From positions 2,294,001 to 2,358,000 of the forward strand of contig CM030333.1 of NCBI GenBank assembly GCA_017654855.1: a stretch of 64,000 nt of DNA. Reading direction: 5' to 3'. The notes under the pieces are model-generated. The model saw only the letters and a list, made by a program, of their open reading frames with translations, did not search any database and was not told where the DNA came from. Shown here one piece after another: positions 1 to 12,226 of this stretch. The position numbers and the translations under genes were made by a program. Position 1 is the stretch's first letter, and each line of letters opens with the position of its first letter. This DNA comes from Podospora anserina (lineage: Eukaryota).

Positions 1-100
1 CCTTCTCTCGCCCCCTTACCATCCCATTCTGCAGCAACATCTTCCACGACCCAACGATCTCCTATTTCCAAATCTTCATTCATGAGGTTTCCAACTAAAT

Positions 101-1076
101 TCAGTCCCCGACTTTCTTCATAGAGTCAACATACTGCAAGATTTGAAAGACCATCTGCACAAGACCGATCAGAATGCTTGATGTGCCAAAGATCAGGACG
201 CTCCAGAACGCGAGCCATGCGGTCGAGTCCCGCCTGTCCTGCCATAGCTGGCGAAGAGAGCGTGGTTTCTTGCCTGCTGCATAACTGTTCAACCGGACAA
301 TCCTGCTGCGAAGATGGGGGAAGTCACCAGCAAGATTGTACTCATCCCGCCCAGTCAACGGCACAGGACACTGAAATCTCTTCCGACCGCAGAGCTCGAC
401 GAGGAGCTGATCTTGACCCTGAGGTGTGGCAGATGTAGGTTGCAGCCGGCGAAATGCCAGATATTGATCTTTTACCTTGCCCAATGATCAAACGGTACGA
501 AAGCAACACCTCCTCCAGCAGACCTGTGACACCCTCCTCGGTTGCCCACGGGACCAAATCCGGTCTGTCGAATGCGCAGCGATATACCACACTGTTGCGC
601 CCTTCATTCCCGTCCACCCCTCGGTGTTGCTGGAGACTCGCGACGCAAAATGATGGGTATCGGTAGACGAAAAGCCTCCCTGAAGGTCTGTCGAGCTCGA
701 GGTGGCAGGGTAGGCAGTCGACCCATTGAATCTCCACGCGGCAGACACTTTGCCGTCCGAGGACAGAAAATACGAGGTCTTTGGCGGACTGAGGACCTTC
801 GTCGTTGTCTTGGATTGATATGGTGCCGGAACTTATGAGCGTGTCCGTGATGCTGCTGATGCTTTTGGGCCCTGGGCGGAGGATGAGTTCTGGTATCTGG
901 TCCCAAAGGAGAAAGAAGCCCGTCCAGTCGGGATCTCCATCGAAATCAATCTCCGGCAGACATAGGAAGATTCGTCGTGGCTGACTACGGACCTGCTCGA
1001 TCACCCAGGAACGGTACCATGGCAGTTCATCAAAGACGCGATCAGAGGAGGATGGGAGCTTTTCGGTCAAGGTCAC
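101..1076 (-). pseudogene. Degenerate gene for a fungal hypothetical protein with a C-terminal transmembrane helix
   Basis: Two overlapping ORFs (342..1076, 101..484) join by a frameshift near 460 (…LSYRLIIGQGKRS / QYLAFRRLQP…). The C-terminus LRQLWQDRRDSTAWLAFWSVLIFG… is hydrophobic and protein-like. There is no ATG start (the ORF opens on GTG). The abrupt junction VLGRQSVCRVEIQWVD suggests an internal deletion. Confidence 0.55.
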
Positions 1077-1769
1077 GGTGATGGAACGTGACGATGGCCC
1101 TATTTCATCACAAGGCTGGGGTCAGTGTTGACACTCAGAGATATATATGGAGGGGGAAACGCGTACTGAATACCGTGAAGTTTCTCAGGCTTTGGGGCAT
1201 GGTGTGAGGTAGATTATCTCTGGAGCAAGATAGACATCAAGTTGAAGTTATTATTTTGTCAATTGATATCACAGCATGTGCTATATAATAGCGGACAGCT
1301 GTAATGTCGCACCGTGTACTCAAAACATACCATCATGTATTATCTCTGTGCTGAACGTCCTGGAACCACAGTTTGAATGCAACCTTCAGCTGAGCCTGAC
1401 CCGGCCATGACTTCAGGAAACACGGTTTGTTGCAACCAACGGGGAGTTTTTTGTTAGACGGCGACCAGAGGGCGCGTGTGAAACAGCAGTTCAAGCCACC
1501 TTTAAAGGTGATTTGTGACAAGGGTGGGAAGTGTGGTTGACCTCCCCTCTTTTCATCACAGAGCTGATAACTCTCTTCATCCTTTCCTGTAGCCCCTAGC
1601 CCCTCGTCAGAGCCCCTCCGCTTCTTTGCTCAAAGAGCCGCGCTGTGTTCTCATCAATGAAGATGACAACAACACCAACGTGAGTGCCGTCCATTCCAGC
1701 TCGTGTACTTGAAGCTGGTGAGTAAAGATAGGGTAGTGACCATGTTTTCAGACCAGATACCAGGGGCAC

Positions 1770-4018
1770 GGCCTCTGAGACTCTCCAAGACGTCCTTGAC
1801 ATGTTGGAGAAACTCAGCCTTACTCTTCCTCGTTTCCAAATCTGGGAAGAGACCCTCCCACTCGACCGTCGACTGCAGAGCACCCTCGTCGATGTGTATT
1901 GTGAGGTTATCTGCTTCTACGCGCGAACGATTTACTTCCTTCGAAGCAATCCCCACCTTGTCCTAAGGAAGAACTCCTGGCGGGCCTTTCGCAATGACTT
2001 CTCGCGCACTATGATGCGTATCAAGCGCATGTCTTGTGCTGTAGAGAGCGAGGCTGATGTGTTGCGGATGCAAAAAGACGAAGGCCGATACAAGGAAGTG
2101 CTCGAGCTTTTGAACGCGATGAAAGTCACCTAAATACAGACTCTCAGTAGTGATAGTATCCGGTACAATAACATCCCCTACACGGCCAACACCAAGTTCA
2201 GTGGGCGCGGTGATATTCTAGGCAGGCTTGACGAGGTTCTGAAGCCTGGAGCCGCCGTGTCACCATTGAACTCCTTGGCCTTGTTCGGGATGGGTGGTGT
2301 TGGCAAAACTCAGATCGCAACCCAGTATGCGTACCAAAGCCTGGACAAGTTTGATGCTGTTCTGTGGATGGCAAGTGATAATGCAATTGCCATCGGTCAA
2401 AGCTTTCGTACAGTTGCTGGTGGGCTTGGCTTGCTGGGGACCGATGAGGAGACCAAAGACGCCGCTGGAGCATCGTGGAAGGTGAAGAGCTGGCTGCTCA
2501 CAACAAGTAAGTCATCCGCCATTGGGAGTCGATAGGCCCGGCGGGAGGTTCTAGTCTTGTGGCAAAGCATGACTTTGGCATGTCTCTTTTCTCATGAGGA
2601 TCGAAACCCTGACGTGCTCAGATACAACTTGCCTTATCATATTCGACAACGCGGATGATCTCACATCCTTGAAGACAGCCTGGCCTGGCTCGATTAGTGC
2701 CTCGATTCTTGTCGCCACAAGGGATCTCTCTGTTGCAACAGCCTCGACAGCCCAGCATATACAGGTCAATGCATTAGGCGATGATGAGGGGACCAGATGC
2801 TTCTCAAGGCTATTGACATCGGCGCTGCATCACAGGCCGATCTTCAGAATGCTTCAAACATCAGCCGGAGCCTTGGGGGGTTACCCCTGGCGCTAGCTCA
2901 GATTGGCGGTTTTGTTACTCAACGCAAGTTGTCTTTGCAAGAGGTCCTCCCGCTATATGAGCGTTACGCCGCCAAAATCGACGCCCGGAAGGCTCCTAGA
3001 AGCGACTACGAACGTACCCTGAGCACTGTGTGGGATGTCTCATTCCAAAAGTTATCAGCAAACCCCACTCGACTTCTCTACTTACTATCTTACTTCGACC
3101 CGGATGGTATCTCAGAAGACATCTTGATCCATGGTTCTGAGGGCCTCAGCGAAAGTTTTGCATTCCTATCAGATGAACTTGAGTTAGTGTTACAGCTTCC
3201 CATTTAGCAATGTTGAAAAAAGAGACCAATTTTCGGTCAGCCTAGGTGATGCTTCGGAAGAGCTTGGACCTGAGGATCCCTTCATTGCCTATAGTCTTAA
3301 CAACATCACGCTGGCATATACTGAGGTGAACGCACTGGATTTGGCCTGTGAGACTCATCAGGAGGCCATTAGACTCCGACTGAAGGCGAATAGCGACAGA
3401 ATCGGCAATTCATACAGCAATATGTCGAGTCTACTTCTCCGCATGGGCCGTCCGGATGAAGCGGAGGAGATGCTCGCAAGATGTCCCTCCCTGAAGGACT
3501 TCACTGATGAGACCTTTCTCAGCACTGGAAATCCTCGCTTCTCAGGGGACATGGTCTTATTGTCGCGTATTCGTCTTGCTCAGGGGCGGACGAGCGAAGC
3601 CTTGCGGCTGGCATCAAAAGCACTGGCCTTTCGTCGCGGATTTATTGGGCAACCGGCTCAAAACTTGCGACTCTCAGTACGATGTAGCCTCAATGCCGTA
3701 CCGGGATGGCCACGTTAGCTCAGCTGTGTAAGTGCCAACTTTCTGCTTACTACCGTCACCCTCTGCTAACATCATGGCATTAGTAACCTGCTGGAGGAGG
3801 TTGTTGGGATTTCGGAGACTCTGGTCGAGGGACAAGGACAGCAAGCTCGTGCTCTATTCAAGCTTTCTCAGATACAGGGGGAGAATGGAAGAGAGGCTGA
3901 AAGCGCGGCTCTCAAGGAACGGGCTGTTTAGCTCCTGGTAAAACTCAAACCGGAGCTCAAGGATGCGCCGTTCGAGGAGGCCACATTTCCAAAACTGGTC
4001 GTCTGGATGTTGTGGTAA
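1770..4018 (+). pseudogene. Fungal NLR-like STAND protein (helical N-terminus, NB-ARC, TPR), pseudogenised
   Basis: P-loop ALFGMGGVGKTQIA, Walker B CLIIFDNADD, GLPL motif LGGLPLALAQIG and TPR-like helices (NSYSNMSSLLLRMGRPDEAEEML; LLSRIRLAQGRTSEALRLASKAL). Lesions: in-frame TAA at 2131-2133, frameshifts near 2795 and 3640, apparent deletion near 3265. Introns about 2507-2620, 3183-3240 and 3727-3783. Stop TAA 4016-4018. Confidence 0.85.
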
Positions 4019-5079
4019 TGTGTCAGCTTTCAGGGATTGTAACGAAGCAATGATAACCTCGCAACACTTGGCGGTGTGCTCACATATCGTCATGGTGAAT
4101 AGCAATTGGAGGCACATGTCAGAAAGAGGCATCCCATTCAACGGCCCCGATCTTGGCAGTGGGACACTTGAGCCGCAACGGGGCATCTGGGCCGGTCTGC
4201 CGACCGTCACAGGCTCCACGCCGGTAGCCCCACCAACCATCACCTTCCACAACGACCCCACCAATGCCAGTCACGCTGAACCCCGCCTCCAGTCGCAAGT
4301 GGCAGTGGGTTGCGGTGGTTCTTTCCCCTCCCTTAGACTAGTTCGCTTCCCGCAGCATTGGGAAGCTGTCACTGCCAGTGTCCCTTCCCTTCCCTTGTGT
4401 AAGGTCTTCTCTTACACTTTCCTCTCTGTTGGGGACCAATGAGAACATCTCTAAAAGTCAGACAACGTTCTCCTTTTGCTCCTTTTCACGGACAGTTCTT
4501 TCAGCTTGTCTTGGGCTGATCCGTCCGAACCATTATCTATATACGAGATCAAGATATCCCCGCCCACAACCAGCCTTTTTTAGATCTCCCAAACGGCCCG
4601 CTTGGAAAGCCAATCGTTTAGAGGATAACCCGGCCGTCTTCAGCTTTCCTTTCGCCTCTCCAAGGATAGAAGGGTGGATATCACAGCAGGCCCCAGAGAT
4701 TCTCGAACTTTTTTTTACCTAAAACTCCCAACCAGGGGGCCGCACTCCTCATCCCACCCTTTATCCGTTTCCATTTGTCCACAAACCCAGAAGCGAAACG
4801 CGAGTGTGGCGACACTTTAGGGAAAGACGAGACCGGACCGGGAAACGTCACCTATACCTATACCTTGCGCGTTCCCGCCGCTGCTGCTGCTTCTGATCTT
4901 GTTGACAGGAAGTTTACCATTGACATTTCCTCCCAACTACGACAACACCACCACACTTTCACACATCGCACTACACCACAGCCAGCGTATTTGATTTTCT
5001 TGACGTTTTCGACAAAATCTAATATCTAATCCCCCCTCTCACCACCACCCATCCCCTCTCCTCCCTCAAAGCCGCAAAA

Positions 5080-5831
5080 ATGCCCGCCAACACCCCAACA
5101 AAACAGCGTAAAATCGCCATTGTCGGCTCCCGCTCCGTCGGTCAGTTTTCTTCTCTCTCTCTCTCCCTCCCTCCCTCCCTCTCTCTTTCTCTCTCTCTCT
5201 CTCTAACACACCTCTCCCACAGGTAAATCCTCGCTCGCGGTCCGCTACGTAGACGGGCACTTCGTCGAGTCGTACTACCCCACCATCGAAAACACCTTTA
5301 GCAAAGAGATTCGGTACAAGGGGCAGGACTATTCGACGGAAATTGTCGACACTGCGGGCCAGGATGAGTACAGCATCCTGAACAGCAAGCACTTTATTGG
5401 GATTCACGGGTACATGTTGGTGTACTCGGTCAGCAGCCTGCCGAGCTTTGAGATGGTGCAGGTGATTAGGGATAAGATTTTGAACCATTTGGTGAGTTGC
5501 GCGAGCGTTAGTGAGGGCTATACCATCGCTTTCTGCGAGAATTGGAGGGTAAATGTGGGATATTAGGCTGACTTGTGACGAAAAAAAATAGGGAACGGAC
5601 TCGGTCCCCATCTGCATCGTGGGCAACAAGTCTGATCTTCGTCCTGAGCAGCGACAGGTCACGCCGGAAGAGGGGAAGGCGCTTTGCGAAAAGTTCAAGT
5701 GTGCGTGGACCGAGGCGAGCGCGAGGTATGATGAGAATGTGGCCAAGGCGTTTGAGCTGTTGATTGGGCAGATTGAGAAGACGCAGAATCCTGGGGAGGA
5801 GGTGGGGGGGAGTAAGTGTGTTTTGATGTGA
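5080..5831 (+). CDS. RHB1: Rheb small GTPase
   Basis: MPANTPTKQRKIAIVGSRSVG|KSSLAVRYVDGHFVESYYPTIENTF…DTAGQDEYS…GNKSDL…EASA…CVLM*. The G1 box GSRSVGKS (Arg at the Ras G12/13 region) is Rheb-typical, and there is a CaaX end. Introns about 5141-5222 and 5492-5591. Confidence 0.95.
5151..5204. repeat. (CT)n/(CCCT)n microsatellite in Rheb intron 1
   Basis: ttctctctctctctccctccctccctccctctctctttctctctctctctctct read directly. Confidence 0.85.
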
Positions 5832-6380
5832 AGGATGGGAAGAGGGGAGAAGAGGTGGGGGGTAATGGATCGGAGATACCCAAGAGAGAGAAGTAAGGAG
5901 AGGGGGTAATGGACCTGGAATGGGACACAACAACGTTTTTTTTTGTTTTGGTGATTGGTTGCGGGGCTAGGGAGTAAAGCAGGGCATGGTGAAAGTGTCT
6001 TGTTCCTTTGCTGGTTTGCCGCTGGGTTGGTTGTCACAGTTGTGAAGTGCCCTCGTTTTCAACAGGGGCATGTTCTCTACGTTTTTTGTCTTTTTTTTTT
6101 TTTGTTCACGATTTGATATGCGATGTATGAACCTGGGGAGGGTTTACGTTTTCTTGTCTTTTCTTTTTTCATCATCTGTTTTCTTTTTCTCGGCCGAGGT
6201 CGGCAACGGTTATATGTTTCGGGAAAGGGATGGGGAAACGAGAAACGAGCGGACGTCGAACGGGTTTTGCGGTTGTTTATTGATGTCTATTTTGTGTCAT
6301 GTTGTGTATGATGAAGCGGGCGGTATAAGTCACAGTGGATCGATCCTACCATGCATATATCTTTCACACAAAATAAATAA

Positions 6381-6522
6381 ATCTACGACACCCTTTACGG
6401 TTGTTGTTTTTCTTTTTTGTTTCTTCGACTAGATGCGATGGGCTGAAGGTTTTGCTTCAACCCACTGCGTTTGCTCGAGGAGACAAGAAAGGAAAACAAT
6501 AACTGTAAAGGGTGTCGTGGAT
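6381..6522 (+). repeat. 68-bp gap-free inverted repeat / RNA hairpin with 6-nt loop (candidate structured ncRNA or 3'UTR element)
   Basis: Arms 6381-6448 and 6455-6522 are reverse-complementary without indels. As + strand RNA: 54 Watson-Crick pairs, 11 G-U pairs and 3 mismatches. Confidence 0.85.
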
Positions 6523-6820
6523 CTGATATGAACATATTTTCTCCCTCCTGAAAATTGACACTGGATGCTGGGCATGATCGACTGGTGGATGAGTAGAGAA
6601 GGATCAAGGCTGACTGCTTGATAAGTCACAGATGGAAATACAGGTGACACGCATGTATAGATGAGCCGTTCAAAGTGACCGGCTCGAAGCAAGAGTCAAC
6701 ACCTCACTTCAACACAAAACAAATAACAATACTTTTTCAGTTCAAATCATTACACACTCACAAAACTCCCTGCTTCCCATGCATCATCAAACTCTTTTTT
6801 ATATTTCTACCAAAAAGCAC

Positions 6821-8711
6821 TTAACGAATAGGAATCTCCTTTGTCTCCTCCGCCTTCTTGGCCTTGCCAGGGAAAGGGATAAAGTCAGGGGCGCCAGGAA
6901 GGTACTTGCGCAGTGGCTCTGGGATTTTGACGCCCTAAATCACATTGTCAGCACATCACATCACTCAACACACTCCCCCCAGGTCAAAAACTTACATCCT
7001 CAGTCTGGAAGTTTTCCAAAATGGCGCAAATAGTTCTCGTGGTGGCGGTAAGCGTAGAGTTGAGGGCGTGGACATAGGTCTTCTTGATCTCGGTCTGTTT
7101 CTTGACGCCGAAGCGGATCTCGAGGTCTCTGCTCTGGTAGTCGGTGCAGTTGGAGCACGAGACCAGCTCCTTGAACTCTCCTTGGTGGGGGAACCAAGCC
7201 TCAAGATCGAGCTTCTTGGAGGCGGCGTTGTTGAGCGCGCCGGAAACGATGGCCACGACGCGGTAGGGGATGCCGAGCGACTTGTAAAACTCCTCCGAGT
7301 TGGCAATCATCTGGTCAAACATCTCCCACGACTTCTCGGGATCCGTGAGGCAGAACTGCTCCACCTTGGTAAATTCGTGGACGCGGAAAATGCCCCAGAC
7401 ATCTCTGCCGTGCTAGAGGGGTGTGAGTAAATGTTTTTGCAGGATAGACGGGGGCAAAGGACATACAGCACCAGCCTCCTTGCGGAAGCATGTCGAGTAG
7501 CCGGCATACTTGAGAGGGAGGTCCTTGGATTGGAGCCACTCGTCGCTGTGGAACGCGGAGATGGGCTGTTCCGAGGTCTGTTGGATGTCAGTATCAGAAG
7601 TATGCCAAGGTATTCTCATCGAATGTCACGGTGATACAAGTGCAAGAAATAGGGGTAAAAAGGGGCTACTCACAGCGATCAGGTACTTGTCAGCTTGGTC
7701 GCCAGTGACCTTGTACAGCTCCTCGTCGAATCTGAACCAACGTTAGCATTTAATCTCTATCGTCAGTCCAGAAGGTGAACTAACTGTGAGAGCTGAGCGG
7801 TCTTGGCCATTTGCTCCTTAAGCATGAGCATAGGAGTGCCAAGAGCGATGTAGTCCTTCTGGTCCAAGAACTCGAGACCATAGTTGATGATAGCCCTGTT
7901 TGTCTCCCGTCAGTATCCTCTCTGCAGTTTCGAAAAGAGTGTCGAATACGTACTGGTTCAAGAAGAGGCCCCACTTCTTGAGGAAGTAACCACGATGGCC
8001 AACAACCTTGACACCTCTGACTGGGTCGTATCCGTCGAGCTTCTCGAGAACTTCGTGGTCTGTCCAACGTCATGTCTTAGTCATTGCTTCTTTCCAACCA
8101 TAGACCTGCGGTGTTTCTCACGAGAAAGGACATTCTTCTTCTCAAACGTGACGCCCTCGGGAGCCCACGTCCGTACGACCTCGTTGTTGTCCTCGTTGTT
8201 AGACACAGGAACCGACTCGTGAACAAGATTTCCGATGGTCTTGAGCTTAGCGTTCAAGATCTGCTGCTTCTCAGCAGCCTGGGCGAGCATGTCCTTCTTT
8301 TCCTTTTCGAGCTCGGCCTTCTTCGCGAGGAGTTCGGTGACATCTTCCTTGGCCTGTTTGCGAGTGCGCGCGCATGTCAGATAGCCGTCGCAAACATGAT
8401 GCTGGATGAGGTTCAAGGTTTATGGTACCTTCTTCTTGGGGCCGATCTGCTTCTGGACCTCGTTGATCTTGGCGTTGAATTGTGTGGCCGCGTACTGAGC
8501 TGTTATGGGTGATCAAAGAGATCAATCAGTCTACTGTGGCATGTTGTACAATTCGGGGCAGACTAGAAGTTGACTCACTCTTGCGGTGGTCCTCGAACAA
8601 GGCAATCACCTCGTCGACAGCCTCCTCGGGAGCATGGCGCTTGCGCTGGGACTCCCTGATCTTCTCGGGGTTGCCGCCGCGCTCGGCAATGAAGTCGTTG
8701 ATGTCGAGCAT
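6821..8711 (-). CDS. SES1: Cytosolic seryl-tRNA synthetase
   Basis: [25 protein letters not shown]…[15 protein letters not shown]…[14 protein letters not shown]…[14 protein letters not shown]…YVHALNST…[21 protein letters not shown]. Class II aaRS motifs. About 8 short introns. Stop TAA 6821-6823. Confidence 0.95.
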
Positions 8712-9029
8712 GGTGGTGACTGGTACTGGTAGGTGATGTGGTGTAGAGGAAGAAGAGGATGTCACGGCAAAAAGATATGGAAAGATGGCAAAGTACACAC
8801 AGTCACAAACACAACGTCGCTACTTGACTTGCACACACAGTGGATGGATGGACTGATAGAAGGACGGGACTCGCTCTCGAGGACAGTCGCAACGGTATGG
8901 CGGGGCAGATAATTATTTCGGCGGCGGGGTGGAGGGGAAGGTGGGGCCTCGATCTGCTTCCAAGTTCAAAGATGAGACCAGGGGCCAGGGGTCCTCCTCT
9001 TTTATAGCGATATCCACCAATCATCCCTG

Positions 9030-9036
9030 TGACTCA
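9030..9036. promoter_or_regulatory. TGACTCA Gcn4/CPC-1-type site in the SES1-HAM1 divergent promoter
   Basis: Perfect TGACTCA about 320 bp upstream of the SES1 ATG. Aminoacyl-tRNA synthetases are typical cross-pathway control targets. Confidence 0.45.
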
Positions 9037-9224
9037 GGCCAAGAAGGGATGCTGTCATTCGGCGTAGATGCATATAAAACAATGAGAACTGTATTTACAG
9101 GTTAAGAATACAGCGTATGAGTAACGATTTATCTCACAGGTCAACCTCACAGCCCAATCCTGTCACTCATACAAACTCTTTCTCTTCCCACTTCCACTCT
9201 CAAGGACTCCCACAAACCGCCAAA

Positions 9225-9844
9225 ATGACCGAAGCCCGCCACCAAGTCAACTTCATCACCGGCAACGCCAACAAGCTCTCCGAGGTAAAGGCCATCCTCG
9301 AGCCCGCCATCTCCGTCACAAACCAGTCCCTCGACCTTGTCGAGATCCAAGGCACCCTCGAGGAAGTAACCATTGACAAATGCCGCCGCGCCGCCGAACT
9401 CGTCGGCGGTCCCGTCTTGGTAGAAGACACCTGCCTCTGTTTCGATGCTCTGCAGGATCTCCCAGGACCATACATCAAGTGGTTCCTGGGGTCTATCGGC
9501 CACGAAGGTCTCAACAACATGTTGCTTGCCTATGAAGACAAGGGTGCCAAAGCTGTTTGCACGTTCGGATACTCTGCCGGACCTGGACATGAGCCCATCC
9601 TTTTCCAGGGCATCACACACGGAAAGATTGTGCCCGCAAGGGGGCCAAGCAACTTTGGCTGGGATCCTATTTTTGAGTATGAGGGGAAGACGTAGGTTTA
9701 TTTTCAGAGGACGAGGAAGTGAGAAGAAGCTGACAGGATAACAGATACGCCGAGATGGACAAGGCCGAGAAGAACAAGATCTCTCACCGGAGCAGAGCTT
9801 TGGCGAAGCTCCAAGAGTGGTTCGCCAAGGAGATGACCGCGTAA
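9225..9844 (+). CDS. HAM1: Inosine triphosphate pyrophosphatase (Ham1/ITPase)
   Basis: [40 protein letters not shown], then [15 protein letters not shown] after intron about 9692-9744. Stop TAA 9842-9844. Confidence 0.95.
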
Positions 9845-10460
9845 GTCAAAATCTGAGAAATAAAAATAATCACATTGCGGACCAAACGATCAGTGCTTGA
9901 AGTGTTTTACAAAAGCTCTACATGTCTGATAAGGCCCTCTAGCATCCAAGAAGACCCGGCTGCCATCTCGATCTCTTGGACCATCTCTATTTCTATCTCC
10001 CCCTTTCCCTCCTAATACCGCCTAGCATAGCACTCTTGTTTCAAGCGCAATGTGATAAACTAGTGCTACTGAACCATGTTCGCTACCTATCTGGGCTAAA
10101 CTGGCTCATGGAGATGATATCCCTGAAATATAGCCAAGAATACCACAGCAGTATGACTACACGCTTGTCCCACTGATAACCATCAGTACGCTCCATGCCC
10201 TCGTCCTCTCCTTCCTCTCCTACCTCCTCTTCCTCCTCCACGTGGCCGCTGGTGGTGAACCGGGTACGTCGGCATCTCACCAAAAATAGTCTCAAGCGTC
10301 TTTTCGACCTTGTCCGCCACCTTTTTCCCAACGCGGAACCCTGCCCACACCACCGCTGTATCCTCCTCTGTCGTCTCGTAACCATGAAGCATCCTACAGA
10401 TCATTAGCAATCCGCACACATCTTCCCAGAACAGAAGTCTTACTCGCCCTATGTACTTCC

Positions 10461-12226
10461 CTATCCCCCCACAGGTACCGCCCCAGGAAGAAGCCTATTT
10501 CTCGTCAGCGCCCATCATCATCATCAACATCATCAACAATTTAGTCCAACCCACTTCAAAAGCTCAAACTCTTTAAAATCCCCCAAATACCCCCCACCCC
10601 TCCTATACCCCTTCAGCGCCCCATCCGGATAAGGATACCTCACCGGCACCACCCCCGCCCCCCTCTTCCCATCGCCACCATTATTACTGTTATTGTTCAT
10701 CCCCACCATCCCCAAAACCTGATAACAATCCTTAAAATGCGGATCGAAAACCAACAACCTCCCCTCCCCCGTCCCCGCCCCCCTCTCAAACCCAACAATA
10801 GTCATCGAATGCCCCAAATGCTGAAAATACAACGGCGGCAACCCCGTCAACCTCACCTTGCCCCCCTCCCCCCTCACTATCGCCTTGTCATCTGACCTAA
10901 AATACTCCTCCACCGTCCTCAGCAGCATCTCGACCGCCTTGGCGGGGGACTTGTCCTTGATCGACTGGGCAGCAAACGGGACGCCCAAGTACCTAAACAT
11001 GGCCACCGCCTCGGGGGTGCCAATGTACTTTCTCGTGTTGCGTATCCCGCCTGTTTCGGCGCGGCCCGTGGCGGAGATGTTGTTGTCCCAGGCCGTCTCG
11101 ATGTAGTCTTGGATTTGGAAGATTGTTGGGATTTGGGAGGCGAGCTTGTGGGCGTTGGGGATGGTGGTTGATTGGGGGGGTTGGGTTAGGTAGGAGCAGA
11201 GCATTTGGATGTTGCGGTAGCCGCAGAAGCCGCCTTCGCGCTTGAGCTTGGAGATGTGGTGGACGCAGGGGTGGCAGAGGTAGGCGCGGTGGGTCGAGGG
11301 GGAGGATTCGAGGAGTTGGGCTAGGACCGGGACTACGCCTGGGGGGTTTTGTTAAGTGTTTTGCGTGAATTCGAGAGCTTTGAGACTGCTTACCAGCTGT
11401 TTGGACTTGTCCCTTTTTCCGTAAAAGGTCCGCAAGCCAGTCTGGCATTCGGTCTTCGTGCGCATATCTACCGAGATGCTTCCTCTGTTCGGTTTCAATG
11501 TTAACAAGAGCTCCTTCCTTACTTAAAATGCAGACATGAACTTACACCCAACCGCGTCCCGCGCGTTTTACTCTCGGAATCGCCAGACGTCTTAGAATCA
11601 TGGCGACGCCATAGAATACGATGTGAATATGAAGAGGAACTAGGCATTTTCAGGAGTCTTTTCCACGCTGATATCGCCTTGGAGTGGCGTGTACTTGGCT
11701 CCGAGGCCTTGTGAGATGATTTTGATACTGATTCAGGAGCGTTTGATAAGGGTGATGATGATGCAGTAGGTTCTGACACGGCTGTGATAGGGTCTGGTGG
11801 AGGAGGGTGATGATCATGGACGCCGGTCTCCTCTGTAGTATGGAGTTCTAAGTGATATTCCACCTGGCTAAGAAGAAGAAATTCTCCACACCCTTCAACC
11901 GGGCACTCGACGTATCCTGGATCGTCGTCATTGCCCGTGTTGGCAGTGCCATTACTATTTGGAGAAGGGGAGGTGCCGTCTTGATCAGCAACAGCAAGAA
12001 AGGGCGGTTCTCCTTCAGCGTGCAGCGTTTCCATGTGCTTTGTCACGTTGCGCACCTGAATTAGCGGGCAGGCTCTACGGGGGTTGGGGTCGGGGTCACT
12101 TCAAAGATGGGAAGCCGGCGACAATATCATTGTGTTCTGCAAACGGAAGGGACTTACAAGCAGCATTTGATACTCGCCCTCTTTGGTCTTCCAGCCACAA
12201 AAGGGGCACTCCATTGTGTCTGCCAT
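10461..12226 (-). CDS. ZUP1/ZUFSP (Mug105)-like peptidase family C78 deubiquitinase with N-terminal zinc-finger-like motifs
   Basis: MADTMECPFCG…HMETLH, ECPVEGCGE…YHLELH; catalytic GGFCGYRNIQML (Cys), YFQHLGHSMTIVG (His), LLVFDP (Asp); YIGTPEA. About 4 introns, the last 10495-10554. First stop TAG 10461-10463; see findings for the extension to 10183. Confidence 0.85.

Noticed and set aside
2131-2133. NLR premature stop as an editing-corrected codon
   Set aside because: It is TAA, and the gene also has frameshifts and deletions, so ordinary pseudogenisation is the simpler reading.
8571-8577. TGACTCA inside SES1 intron 1
   Set aside because: It overlaps the GTGAGT splice donor on the minus strand and is explained by it.
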